Source: an uncultured Gemmataceae bacterium
Lineage (GTDB): Bacteria > Planctomycetota > Planctomycetia > Gemmatales > Gemmataceae
NCBI GenBank assembly: GCA_963750165.1
Contig: CAVVPN010000004.1
Location: 1,088,001 to 1,152,000, forward strand
DNA: 64,000 nt
Reading direction: 5' to 3'
The position numbers and the translations under genes are program-made. The notes under the pieces were generated by a model. The model was given only the letters and a program-made list of their open reading frames with translations. It was not told the DNA's origin and ran no database searches. This document shows positions 29,316 through 40,125 of this stretch, piece by piece; within the stretch, counting starts at the first letter, position 1, and every line of letters starts with the position of its first letter.

Positions 29316-30770
29316 CTAACGCAGACGATTGCCACAATAAATGCAAAAGCGGCTGCCCATGCGGTTGTACTTGCCGCAACTGGAGCAGGGCGCCGAGGCG
29401 TCCGTCAGTGGCTCGGCGCACTTGACGCAGAACGGCGTGCGAACCTTGTTGGTCGTCTTGCACTTCGGACAGGGGAACTCCCTGGTCACGCGCTGTCGAT
29501 CCAGATCCTGCCGGATTTCCTTGGCCGTGAAGTAGCGGTCGTTCACGTCCTCGGCCATGTTGACCTTGATGAGTTCGTAGAACCAGCGGTACTGCGCCGG
29601 CAGCGGCGCGTTGGCGTCCGCCAGCTGGGTCTCGAGTTCCTTGGTCGTGTGGTAGCCCTCGGGGGCGCGGCCGGTGGCCAGGTGGAACAGCGTCGCGGCC
29701 AGGGCGAACAGGTCGCTGCGCGGCTCCGGCTTGCCGATGATCTGCTCCGGCGGCGCATAGCCCTCGGTGTAGACGCGCGTCTTGCCGGCCATGCGCTCCT
29801 TGTGCGTGCGGCCCAGGTCGCGGGCGGTGCCGAAGTCGATCATGCGGATCGATTTCTGGTCCTCCAGGAGCATGATGTTGTCGGGCTTGAGGTCGCGGTG
29901 GATCAACGGCGGCGACTGGCTGTGCATGTGCGCCAGCACGTCGCAGATGGCCTTGGCCCACTCGATGACCTGGGGGATCGCGAAGGGCTGGTTGTTGTTG
30001 GCCTCCATGATCTTCAGCAGATCCTTGCCGCGGATGAACTCCATGACCAGATGGGCGGTCTGTCCCTCCTGGTAGAAGTCATGGACGCGCGGCACGATCG
30101 GCACCGGCTCAAGCATTTTCAGGATTTCGTACTCGCGGCGGAAGAAGTTCAGGCGGATGCTGAACTCCTGCGGATCGCCGGAGATCATGTCCTTGATGGC
30201 GACATCGCCGTGCTTGCCCTTGGTGTCGGTGCCCTTGTAGACCGCCCCGAAACCGCCCATGGCCAGGAGCTTGTCAAGGCGGTAGCGGCCGTGCAGCATG
30301 GTGCCGGCGGCGACGGGCAGCGGCGTGTTGCAGCGGACGCAGTTGCGTTCGCCGGGCGGGTTGGCGACGCCGCAGGCCGGGTTGGTACACATGCACGGCG
30401 GCGTTTCCGGCTCCGCGGTGCTGCTGTCGCCCTGCAGCAGATAGCCGCAGTCCATGCAGGCGATGGCGCCCTCCAGGAGCTTGGCGCCGCACTGCGGGCA
30501 GCTGGTGGCGCCGCCGGCGCCGGGCGGCGGAATGGAGGGCAGACTGACGGACGGCATGCTCGGGGCCTTGGGGCCGTTGCTGCTCGTGGCGGCCGGGGCG
30601 GGGGGCGCCGGCGCGGGACGGGGGGCAGTGCCGGCCGCCGCGGCGACGGGCTGCAGAGCAGGGACAGTGAAGGCGTTCGAGCACGCGGGACAACGGACAT
30701 TACGGCCGGCCGCGTTGTCGGGGACCTGCATCGGCTTCTGACAGTGCGGACAGCGGATCACATGCGGCAT
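29316..30770 (-). CDS. Ser/Thr protein kinase with multiple Zn-ribbon domains
   Basis: GGFGAVY, VAIK, HRDLKPDN, DFG, YAPPE and SDLF motifs; CxxC pairs at both ends. Confidence 0.92.
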   Translation of the reverse strand: MPHVIRCPHCQKPMQVPDNAAGRNVRCPACSNAFTVPALQPVAAAAGTAPRPAPAPPAPAATSSNGPKAPSMPSVSLPSIPPPGAGGATSCPQCGAKLLEGAIACMDCGYLLQGDSSTAEPETPPCMCTNPACGVANPPGERNCVRCNTPLPVAAGTMLHGRYRLDKLLAMGGFGAVYKGTDTKGKHGDVAIKDMISGDPQEFSIRLNFFRREYEILKMLEPVPIVPRVHDFYQEGQTAHLVMEFIRGKDLLKIMEANNNQPFAIPQVIEWAKAICDVLAHMHSQSPPLIHRDLKPDNIMLLEDQKSIRMIDFGTARDLGRTHKERMAGKTRVYTEGYAPPEQIIGKPEPRSDLFALAATLFHLATGRAPEGYHTTKELETQLADANAPLPAQYRWFYELIKVNMAEDVNDRYFTAKEIRQDLDRQRVTREFPCPKCKTTNKVRTPFCVKCAEPLTDASAPCSSCGKYNRMGSRFCIYCGNRLR

Positions 30771-30821
30771 GGGTTCTTCTCGTGGTTGCGGTTGCGCTCC
30801 GTCAGCAGTTCAATCACAACT

Positions 30822-30897
30822 TGTAGATTGCAGATTGCAAAAACTAGCAATCCGTCTGTCGTTCCAGTTGCAATCTGCAATCTAAAAGTTGCAATCT
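30822..30897. repeat. Heptamer (GATTGCA)n/(TGCAATC)n inverted repeat
   Basis: TGTAGATTGCAGATTGCAA...TTGCAATCTGCAATCTAAA. Confidence 0.7.
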
Positions 30898-30900
30898 TCC

Positions 30901-31827
30901 TCAGGCACTCCGCTTGGCCCGTTCTCGGAAGCGAAGCACGCTGTTGCCGACGCGGATCAGGTCGTCGGACTTCAGCGGGAAGCGGCCCTGGACGAGCTGG
31001 TCGTTGACAAAGGTGCCGCCGGGCGTCTGCATGTCTTCCAGGAAGTAGCGGTTGCCCGACTGAATTATATGCGCGTGCAGCTTCTCGATCTGGTTGTCGC
31101 CGAACAGGCCGATGTCGCACGACTCGGCGCGGCCGACGGAGGTCCGCTCCTTGGTCAGGATCATCTCGCGCCCGGCCTTGCGGCCCACCTCGATCTTGAT
31201 CCAGGCTTCCTTCAAAATCACCTGGGCCAGGCCGATCAAGAGGCCAATGCACATGCCCAGCGCGACAAAGCCCCAGGCGGTCGGGCTGGACAGGTCGTCG
31301 GGATCCTTGCCGCGGAACAGCGTCGGGCCGATGACGCGGAAGACCAGCGCCAGGGTGCCGCCGAGCAGGCCGCCCGCGGTGCCGCCGACCAGCCCCTTGA
31401 TGAGCTTCTTGGTGGCGCCGCTCACGTCCTTCTGCGTGATGACGCTGAGCAACAGTTCGTAGACGCCAATGGACACGCCGACGAGCAGGCCGGTGAGCGT
31501 CCAGCCGAAGACGAAGAACAGGCCGTTCGCCGTGGCCGAGAAGAGCAGCTGGCCGATAACGCCGCCGAGCAAGCCGCCGACGCAGCCGACCAGCACCGCG
31601 ACGCCGACGCGCTGGAGCACCAGAAAGGGGCGGCTCATCGACAGGTTCCACAGGGCGTCGAGCAGGCCCAGGCCCAGCGCGATGGCCAGGCCCAGGAACA
31701 GGCCCTTGACGCCGGCGCCGGAGACCGCCTGCTCGCGCGGCGAAAACAGGGCTCCGAACAGCCAGCCGAAGAAGGCCGCCCAGCCGCCCATGATCGCGCA
31801 GTAATAGATGAAGCGTGTGAAGGACAT
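30901..31827 (-). CDS. Multi-pass membrane protein with C-terminal FHA domain
   Basis: Gly-rich TM helices; VGRAESCDI..KLHA..GGTFVND..DDLIRVG. Confidence 0.85.
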   Translation of the reverse strand: MSFTRFIYYCAIMGGWAAFFGWLFGALFSPREQAVSGAGVKGLFLGLAIALGLGLLDALWNLSMSRPFLVLQRVGVAVLVGCVGGLLGGVIGQLLFSATANGLFFVFGWTLTGLLVGVSIGVYELLLSVITQKDVSGATKKLIKGLVGGTAGGLLGGTLALVFRVIGPTLFRGKDPDDLSSPTAWGFVALGMCIGLLIGLAQVILKEAWIKIEVGRKAGREMILTKERTSVGRAESCDIGLFGDNQIEKLHAHIIQSGNRYFLEDMQTPGGTFVNDQLVQGRFPLKSDDLIRVGNSVLRFRERAKRSA

Positions 31828-32031
31828 GCCACGTTCCCGTGCTGTCGTTGCCCGGCCGCCGCGCCGGCGTTCCAGGGTTATTGTATTAGAAAGCCGTGGC
31901 CGCCGTCGTGTCCAGTAAATTTCGGCAAAGTTCGCCAGGCCGCACCACCGACGGCGCACTCCTTGCGATTTTGGTGGTTGGGAACTGACTCCCCTCGCCC
32001 CTGAAGGGGGCGAGGGGGGCAAGAACGGGCG

Positions 32032-33205
32032 TCACGGCTGCGCTTTCTGCTTGCCGACCGTCAGGACCCGCGCCACGTCGCCGCCGGCCTGGCTCACCAC
32101 CATCAAACGCTGCTTGCCCGCCGCGGTCGCGCGCACCGTCCAGGTCGCCTCGCCGACATCGCCTTTCACCTTGGACGCCGCCGGCCCCTTCACGAGTTCC
32201 AGTCCCGTCGGCAATTTCAGCGTCAGCGTGTCGCCGGCCCCGGCGCCCGCGCAGCGCCACAACCGTCAACTCCCGACCGACCGCCGGCACGCCATCGACG
32301 ATCAGGCCGAGGTTGCCCTTGTCATTGGCCGTGAACGCCCCCAGCCCGTAAGCGAAGCCGACGCGCCGCTGCTGCTTCGGCCCCAACTTTTGCTCTGGCC
32401 AGTACAGCACCGCGGCGCCATCGTTCAGCGCCTTGATGGAGAACACTGGCACGTTCCAGAGTGTGAGCCCGTCGTTGGCCCCGGGCTGCTTCGACTCCTT
32501 CGCCGGCCAGCCGCCGAGCGTGACGCGGCCTGGCGCCTCCACGTCACCACCGAGCTTGAGTTTCAACGTGGCGACGACGCCGGGCTTCTTGAAATCCAGG
32601 CTCTCCAGGGCCTGCACGAACGGCGGCACCTGTTCGCCCTTGTAGTCCGCCGAGGTCTCGACCAGCGCCGCCGCCCCCGGCACGATGAACGGAGCGCCGT
32701 CGTTGCTGCCGATCATGGTGTCGAGCAGGAAGCGGATGCCGACCTGGTGCGGCTTGGCGCTCTCGTTCTCCAGCACGTACTCGACGCTACAGGTGTCCAG
32801 CAACCCGGTCTGTTCACCGCGGACGATCTCCACGAGCTGCGTGACGGTGACGCCTTCCGGGTACTCCCAGACGGAGCGGACGCCGGCGCGGCCCTTGCCG
32901 AGCGCTGCTTCCTTGACGCGCCACTTGCCCGGTTGCTCGCCGAACAGGTATTCCTTGCCGTCGATCTTGACGCAGGTGTTGCTGGTCAGGCCGGCGGCGT
33001 GAAAGGTCAATTTCTTGCCGGTGCGCTTGCCCTGGTCGTCGAGGACGTGCAGGCCGAAGCGCATGGAATGCACGTTGCCACCGCCGAAGCCCTTGTCGAA
33101 AAGGATGCCCAGCCGGCCGCTGTCCTTGTCGCCCTGCGGCTGGGCCGCGCCGGCCGCGGCCACGGTCAGACAGAGAGCGATTGCGACGAAACTTCGCCGG
33201 TTCAT
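32032..33205 (-). CDS. Secreted hypothetical protein; apparent frameshift at ~32250
   Basis: MNRRSF signal; HQVGIRFLLDTMIGSNDGAPF; Ig-like C-terminus in a second frame. Confidence 0.7.
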
Positions 33206-33256
33206 GATGGCTCCCTGGTTTACGGAAGAGCGCTAAGCCGCGTCCGCGCTGCATCC

Positions 33257-33617
33257 TACTGCGGCATCGATTTGCACGCAAGGACCATGTACCTGTGCGT
33301 CCTCGACCCGCACGGCACCATCGGTGTCGGGAACGAACGAGTATCTGGACCGGCCCGGGATCGAGAAGCCCAGGCACAGCGGACCTTCCTTCGAGGAAGT
33401 GTGAACCGCCAGAGTCCCAAAAGGTGTTGGGCGCAGGAAGTCCTTTCCTCCTCGGAGGAGAAAACCTTGCGCCAGCGACTGATGCACAACAGCAGGTGGT
33501 ACGCAGTGCGCAGTGCAGCACCGCGGTCCCGGACAGACACCGAGCGCCGGAAAAGTCGTCACAGACGGCCCAGCGAAACCTGTCAGGGGACATATTGTCT
33601 CTTGACAGGGAGAGGCG
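33257..33617 (+). mobile_element. IS110-family remnant: N-terminal transposase fragment fused to a probable 3' non-coding end
   Basis: YCGIDLHARTMYLCVLDPHGTI (first catalytic Asp of the DEDD domain), then ~290 bp of non-coding DNA ending in a hairpin that contains TTGACA. Confidence 0.65.
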
Positions 33618-33645
33618 AAGTCGCAAGCGGCAGAAAGCGGGCGGC

Positions 33646-36600
33646 TCATTCGCCCCTGTCGAAGCCCCAGCGGAAGACGCCCATCAAATAGGAGTAGTCG
33701 TCCGTCCAGACGCGGTTGCCCGGCGCTCGCGGCGTGTACCACGTCAGGCCCGGGTTGATGCCTTCGCCGCCGCGCTGGTCCTCGGGCAGGTCGCGCTCGT
33801 CGTCGGCCACCATCACGTACTCCTGCCCAAAATGGCCGATGTGCAGGTAGTCCACGACGGTCATTTCGCCGCGGGCGCGCCGCCGCTCCGTGGGCTGCGT
33901 GCCGTCCTTGCCGACGCGCCACACCTTTTTCAAACTCCGGGCCACGTCCGTGACCGGCTTGACCAGATCAACGTGGCGGTTGGACGTGTGGACGCACAGA
34001 ATGCCGCCGTGCTGATACACCTTCTTGCCCGTCACCGGGTTGACGAACTCGGCGTTGTGCTTGACGAGCTTCGTGAAGTACATCGCGATCGCTTCCCTGG
34101 TGATCAGATGCACGGGGATGGCGTCGGAGCTGAAGGCGTCCACCTCGATGGCCCGGTAATAGTTCTCGCGTTTGGGGAACGATGTGGACTTCTCGTACAC
34201 ATGATGACCCTCCGACTTTTCCCGCGTCCAGGTGTAGGTGGTGTCCGGCTGCAACCGCTCCTCGGTCATCGACAGCCGGGCGTCGCCCATGACGATCTCC
34301 AGCTTGACGCCGCGGTCGATGGCGTCGCGGACATAGGTGAAGTAGGGGTCGTCCTTCAGCGAGTAGCCGCGGATCACCTCGTCGATCTCGTAATAGACGA
34401 CGTGCTGGTATGGCCGGCCATACGAGGCCATGGTGCCGGTGCCCAGGCCGATGGTGGCGTAGGGCGGCTCCGACACACTGGCGAGCACCTGGCCCAGCGG
34501 ATTGCCCGCCCCCAGGCCGATCACCGCCACCGGCAGCCGGGCGTCGGCGCTGTAGTCGTTGAAGGTGCCCTTGTAGTTGACGAATTTCTCCAGCTTGATC
34601 TTGTCCTTGTCCTTCTCGCGCTCCTTCGGGTCCGCGATGACCTTGCCGTCCTTGACCCAGACGCCGTACTGGCCGTCGAACCAGTTCAGCTTCTCCATGA
34701 TGATGCCGGTCGGGCCGAGACGGTGATAGTAGGTCGTGGCCAGGCGGCCGAGCGGCCGGGTATGGCTTTTGTCGAGTTCGTTGCCGTTCACGTCGAAGAC
34801 CGCCACGCGCACCTCCGGCATGTAGTTCAGGCCGTGGTGGGTGGTGCCGTGCATCAGGTAGTGCGACTCGCCGAAGCCGTCCTTCTGTGTCATGACGCGC
34901 AGTACGCCGAAGTAAGTGCGCTCTGCCTGCAGCACATGGCCGCTCTCCGCTGCCGCCTCGTGTCGGGCCACCACCAGCAAGATGCCGGCCAAAGCCAGTC
35001 CGAAGCGCAGCGGCCGCGACATCACCAGCAGCGCCAGGATGAGCGGCAGGCCGTACATCAGGGCCCCGGACATGGTCTGCGTCCAGCCGTGCGCGCTCTT
35101 CGGTGCCATGCCCATGGTGCGGTGGAAGAAGGCGAACAGGCTGTTCTCCTTGTCCATTTCCTTGACGTAGGGGTCGGCGATGCTGTTGTACAGAACCTTC
35201 CAGCCCCAGTGGCCGCTGCCGTTGAAGATCAGCGTGGCCGCGACCACCGTGATGAGCCCGGCGATCACCAGGTCAAACGTGAACCCCATGAGCCAGCCGC
35301 GCGGCGCCTGGACCGCCGGGGCAGGGGTCGGGGCAGGCGTGGTGCCGTCGGCGGCCGCGGTGGGCTGCCCCTTGAACTGACTGTACAGATCGTCGCCGGT
35401 CTTGTTGAACCAGTTGGCCATCTCGGGGAACGTGCTGGCGAGCCAGGTTTCCGACCAACCGCCGCCGCCGAGCCTGGGCCGCAGCAGACCCGCGAAGATG
35501 ATGGCCAGCGGCAGTTCCGCCGTGCCGTAGAACAGCACCGGCGCCACCAGGCCGTTGAACATGCCGCCGAGCATGCCGCCGACCGACATCCACAGATAGA
35601 ACTCGGTCAGATAGCGCGTCGGCGGTCGGTCGCGGGCCAGTTCGCCGTGACAGACCAGTGCCGTGAAGAAGAACGCGACCATGCAGAACAGCACCGAACG
35701 CCAGATCGGACTGACCTGATGCGTCATCAGAATCCACGTCAGGCAGATCAGGCCAAACGGTTGCAGGATCAGCATCAGGCTATGCGGCGCCCCGGTCCAC
35801 ACCACCGGCCAGCGCGTGAACACCAGGATGAACGACAGCAGGTAGATCGCCAGCGGGATCACCCAGAAGTTCGTGATGGCCGAGATGTCCGTACACATGT
35901 AAGTCGTGACGCCGAGCATCAGGCTCGACGGGATGGCGGCCAGCATGACCCAGCGGAAGCGCCGCCAGTTGGTCATCTCGAAGGGGCGCGGGGCGGCGGG
36001 CGTGTGGGTCAGCGGTGCGTGCGCCGCGGCGGTGGCACTGGTGACGGCGACCTTACCGAGTTGTTTCGCGGGCTGTGGCCGGCCGCCGCGCTGCTTGGAG
36101 CCGCGGCGGATGGCGCCGCGCTGCGGCGCGGGTGGGTTCGGCGCAGCGACGGGCTTGATGGCGGTCTCGGCCGCCGGCGCCGGGGCGGGCGCGGGCGCGG
36201 TCTGGACCGGCTCAGGCGCCGGCTGCTCCGCGGTGGAGCCGATGGGGGTGCTGGCCCCGGCCAGCTGCACGCTGGGCGGCGCCTGCAGCACGAAGTAGGC
36301 GCAGCCGGCGACCGCCAGCGCCAGCACGATGTAGCCGAAGGTCCAGATCCACGCCTGCTCGCGCAGGCCGAAGATTGGTTCAACGATGAACGGATACGCA
36401 AGCAGGGCGAGCATACTGCCAAGGTTGCTGGCGCCGTAGAGGAAGTAGGGATCCTTGGCGGCGGGGTGGCCGGTGCTGCCAAACCACTTTTGCAGCAGCG
36501 GAGCGCTGGTGGCCACGACGATGAACGGCACGCCGACCATTGCCAGCAGCAGGCCGAGCGTTTGCGGAATGGGCGGCGCTTCGGGATTGGGGATCCAGCC

Positions 36601-36939
36601 GCGCTCGACCTTGCCGTCCACGACAATGGGCTTGCCGTCCGGGCCGACGGGATCGGCGACGTTGAACGGGCCGTAGGGCCACAGGAACAGCACGAACAGC
36701 GGCAGCACCAGGACGGCACAATGGACGAAAAGTTGGCGGCGTACGCTCAGGCGAGTGCTCACCGTGTGCGTGTAGGCGTAGCCCGCCAGCAGCGCGGTCT
36801 GGAAGAAGACCATGCAGGTGTTCCAGACCTGGGGCGTGCCGCCGAGCTTCGGCAGGATCATCTTGCCGATCATCGGCTGCACCAGGAAGAGCAGGAAGGC
36901 GCTCACGAAGAGCGTGATCGCGAAAAACGGCAGGGCCAA
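33646..36939 (-). CDS. Fused membrane (MFS-like)/spermidine-synthase-like SAM-binding protein, paralog 1
   Basis: LFLVQPMIGKMILPKLGGTP.VWNTC, DPYFLYGASNLGS, CHGELA, HGTTHHG, IGLGTG, YEID, GDAR, DAFSSDAIPVHL and WTDDYS motifs; TTG start after GGAGG. Confidence 0.88.
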   Translation of the reverse strand: MALPFFAITLFVSAFLLFLVQPMIGKMILPKLGGTPQVWNTCMVFFQTALLAGYAYTHTVSTRLSVRRQLFVHCAVLVLPLFVLFLWPYGPFNVADPVGPDGKPIVVDGKVERGWIPNPEAPPIPQTLGLLLAMVGVPFIVVATSAPLLQKWFGSTGHPAAKDPYFLYGASNLGSMLALLAYPFIVEPIFGLREQAWIWTFGYIVLALAVAGCAYFVLQAPPSVQLAGASTPIGSTAEQPAPEPVQTAPAPAPAPAAETAIKPVAAPNPPAPQRGAIRRGSKQRGGRPQPAKQLGKVAVTSATAAAHAPLTHTPAAPRPFEMTNWRRFRWVMLAAIPSSLMLGVTTYMCTDISAITNFWVIPLAIYLLSFILVFTRWPVVWTGAPHSLMLILQPFGLICLTWILMTHQVSPIWRSVLFCMVAFFFTALVCHGELARDRPPTRYLTEFYLWMSVGGMLGGMFNGLVAPVLFYGTAELPLAIIFAGLLRPRLGGGGWSETWLASTFPEMANWFNKTGDDLYSQFKGQPTAAADGTTPAPTPAPAVQAPRGWLMGFTFDLVIAGLITVVAATLIFNGSGHWGWKVLYNSIADPYVKEMDKENSLFAFFHRTMGMAPKSAHGWTQTMSGALMYGLPLILALLVMSRPLRFGLALAGILLVVARHEAAAESGHVLQAERTYFGVLRVMTQKDGFGESHYLMHGTTHHGLNYMPEVRVAVFDVNGNELDKSHTRPLGRLATTYYHRLGPTGIIMEKLNWFDGQYGVWVKDGKVIADPKEREKDKDKIKLEKFVNYKGTFNDYSADARLPVAVIGLGAGNPLGQVLASVSEPPYATIGLGTGTMASYGRPYQHVVYYEIDEVIRGYSLKDDPYFTYVRDAIDRGVKLEIVMGDARLSMTEERLQPDTTYTWTREKSEGHHVYEKSTSFPKRENYYRAIEVDAFSSDAIPVHLITREAIAMYFTKLVKHNAEFVNPVTGKKVYQHGGILCVHTSNRHVDLVKPVTDVARSLKKVWRVGKDGTQPTERRRARGEMTVVDYLHIGHFGQEYVMVADDERDLPEDQRGGEGINPGLTWYTPRAPGNRVWTDDYSYLMGVFRWGFDRGE

Positions 36940-37085
36940 GGGACATCCTCCACGGCAAGCGGCGAAAGCGGGCGGCACCAGGTTCCGACCTCTGTAAAGG
37001 GGCAGTGTATGAACGCGGCGGCGCGAAAGCAAACGCTGGCGCAGCCCTGCAGTTGCTACGCCGCTGCGGGGCAAAAGGTTGGCCG

Positions 37086-39866
37086 TCAGCGCGACCAGGT
37101 GACCACGCTGAGCAGGTTCGTGTAGTTGTCGCGCCAGACCCGCCGCTTGCGGTCGCCGAGCAGGACGCGCCAGCCGCGCTCATCCGGGCCGGCGGCCAGC
37201 GTCACTTGCTGCAACAACGTCGGCCACTCCGGATGCTTGTGCGCGGTCGGCCCCGGCAGGCGCTGTTTGACCGTCAGGTGCGCGACCATCGGCGCCGCCA
37301 GCGCCTGGGCCGCCGGTGGCGCCGCCAGCAGCAGCGCCGCCGCGTGCGCCGCCCGCCGCGCATCCCCCCGCGCCGCGGCACCCGGCTGCTTGCGCCAGGG
37401 CCAACCAATCGACGCCGAAGCGCTCGTCGTTGTCGGCGTCGTCGCTCCAGAACAGGCACACCAGATCGCGGGCCAGCGCCTGGTCGGCCAGCACCGGCGG
37501 CAGGTTCACGTAATTGTTCGTCACGTTGTACAGCAGCACACCGTCCGGCGCCAGCTTCTCCAGATACAGTTCCAGCGCTTCCATCGTCAGCAGATGCACC
37601 GGGATGGCGTCCGAGCTGAAGGCGTCGATCACCAGCACCTGGAAGTAGCCCGGCGGCACCACTTCCGGCGGCGCCTTTGGGTCGGGGTTGATCTGGACCT
37701 TGCCGTCGCGCAACCGCAGCCGGCCGTCGCCGATGTCCACCTCCACGCGGGCGCCGCGCTTGCGGGCGTCCACCAGGAAGTAGAAGTACGGCTCGCTGCC
37801 GTCCGGCGGCAGTGACAGGTCGCGCACCGACGGGTCGATCTCGTAGAAGACGACGTGCTGGCCATTCAGCGCATAGGCCGCCAACGTGCCGGTGCCCAGG
37901 CCGATGACGCCGTAGGGCCGCCGCGATTTCGACTCCTTGAACCGGCTGAACAGCTCGCCCACCGGGCCGTCGGGGTGGAAGTAGGTGATCGGCTCGTTGC
38001 GCCGCTCCTTCGGCTCGACGCGCTGACCGCCGTGGTTGATGCCGCCGTGGATCAGGTTGTGATAGACGCGCCGCTCCATCCGGCCGTCGCCGCGGTCGTA
38101 AATCACCTCGTCGCGCTCGACGCTGCGCATCCCGAAGTAGCTGCGGCCGGAGTAAATGTAGGTGGAGTAGTGCGTCGCGCCGGCGCTCCGGTCGTAATAC
38201 TCCGACATCGATTTTTCCATGGCGACCGTGAGGGAGTAGACCACGATCAGAGCGACAATGCCCAGGGCGAAGCGCAGCCGTCGGCCCGCGAAGCCGAAGC
38301 AGATCAGCATCGGTAGGCCGTAGACAATGGCCCCGTTGAGGAGCGTCGCCGTTTGGCGGGCCGTCCCCGCCTTGTAGCCCCGGGCGTTGACCCAGGTGGC
38401 CAGGCTCAGTTCCAGCGAGCCGCCGTTCCAGAGGCTGATCGACTGGCTGATACGGAACAGCGCGAAGCCGAACAGCCCCAGGCAGACCGCGTAGCCGAGG
38501 TCCAGCAGGTACTCCTGCAAACTGCTGTTCGCGTCGGAGGCGCCGAACCAGCGGCTGAAGATTTTGACCGGCGGCCGCAGGGTGAGCGACAGCATGAGCA
38601 CCAGCGGATACTCAATGGCGAACTTGAACAGCACCGGCGCTAGCAGGGCGTTGAACAGCCCGCCGGTGACGCCGCCCACTGACATCCACAGGTAGAACTC
38701 GGTCAGGTGCCGGGTCGAGGGGCGGTCCCTGGCCAGTTCGCCGTGACAGACCATCACGGTCAGGAAGAACGCCGTGGTGTGGGCGGTCAGCATGACCCAG
38801 GTGGGGGCGTATGTTGCAGCAGCACGACCGCGCCCAGCACGGCCAGGGAGACGAGTTGCAACACGAGCATGATGCGGTGTGGCAGGCCCAGCCACTGCAC
38901 CGGCCAGCGCATGAACACGAGGATGAACGACATCAGGTACAGGGCCAGTGGAATGACCCAGAAGAAGGGGACGGCGGCGATGTCGGTGGTGATGAAGGTG
39001 GTCAGGCCGAGCATGAGGCTGCTGGGCACCGCGGCGAGGGCGACCCAGCGCAGGCGGCGCAGGTTGGAGATCGGGGCCACGGCGGGCTCGATGGTCTTCG
39101 GCATCGGGGCGGGGGCGACGGCGACATGCGGGGTTCGGCCGCGGCGGGAGATGATGGTGCGCTTGACGGCGGTGCTGGGGTCAGCCGGCGGCAGGGCGGT
39201 GGTCGTCGGGTCGGCCGGCGGCAGCGCGGCACTGGCGTGCGGCGCCCCGGCCAGCAGAACCTGAGCGGGGCCGCGAAAGACGATCAGGCCGCACAGGACC
39301 GTGAACAGGAAGAACAGGCCGTAGCCGAAGGCCCACAGGGTACTTTGGTAGTCGAGGTCGAAGGATTGTTCGACCCAGAGCGGATAAGCGAGGAGGGCGA
39401 GCATGCTGCCGAGGTTGCTGGCGCCGTAGAGGAAGTAGGGGTCCCTGGCGGCCGCGTGGCCGGTGCTGCCGAACCATTTTTGCAGCAGTGGGGCGCTGGT
39501 GGCGACGACGAAGAACGGCAAGCCGACGACGAGGGTGAGCAGCCAGAGCACGGCGAAGATGGGGTTGGCCTGCGGCGGCGGCTCCCAGGCGCCGATGCTG
39601 AACGGCCCGATGGCCAGGAGCAGGGCCAACGGCAGCAGCAGCACGGCACCGTGGACGGCCAGCTGGCGGCGCAGCGGCAGGTAGGTGCTGACGGAATGGG
39701 TGTAGCCGTAGCCGGCGAGCAGTGCGGCCTGGAAGAATAGCATGCAGGTGTTCCAGACGGCAGGGGTGCCGCCGAGGCGCGGCAGGATCATCTTGCCGAT
39801 CATCGGCTGCACCAAAAACAGCAGGAACGCGCTGACGAACAGCGTGATCGCGAACAGCAACGGCAC
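37086..39866 (-). CDS. Fused membrane/spermidine-synthase-like protein, paralog 2; apparent frameshifts at ~38810 and ~37395
   Basis: Same motif series as paralog 1, spread over three frames and ending WRDNYTNLL. Confidence 0.82.
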
Positions 39867-39930
39867 GGCAGCTCTCCCCGGATAGCGCGGAACGGCACCC
39901 CCTTGTGCGGGTAAAGGATACGGAAAACGC

Positions 39931-40047
39931 GGTCAGAGGTCAGAGGTCAGAGGTCAGAAGTCAGAAGTCAGAGGTCAGCGCAGTCGTTCTGTCGCTTGCG
40001 GCCTGTGCTCTGCCTGACCTCTGATCTCTGACTTCTGGCTTCTGGCT
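39931..40047. repeat. Heptamer (RGTCAGA)n/(TCTGRCY)n inverted tandem repeat
   Basis: GGTCAGAGGTCAGAGGTCAGAGGTCAGAAGTCAGAAGTCAGA...CTGACCTCTGATCTCTGACTTCTGG. Confidence 0.85.
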
Positions 40048-40048
40048 C

Positions 40049-40096
40049 TTGACATTCGCGCATGACTCCCCTAAAGTAGACTGAGATTCAGTCTCA
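40049..40096 (+). promoter_or_regulatory. Sigma70 promoter of the feo operon with a Fur-like operator
   Basis: TTGACA(40049)-17 bp-TAAAGT(40072); palindrome TGAGA-TTCAG-TCTCA at 40082-40096 over the predicted start site. Confidence 0.7.
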
Positions 40097-40125
40097 ATAA
40101 CGCCCTCCTACCTGCGAGGCTGTGC

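Noticed and set aside
2825..37125. Very long antisense ORFs (2825-5791, 20781-23510, 33295-37125)
   Set aside because: Typical high-GC shadow frames opposite real genes, with no recognisable motifs.
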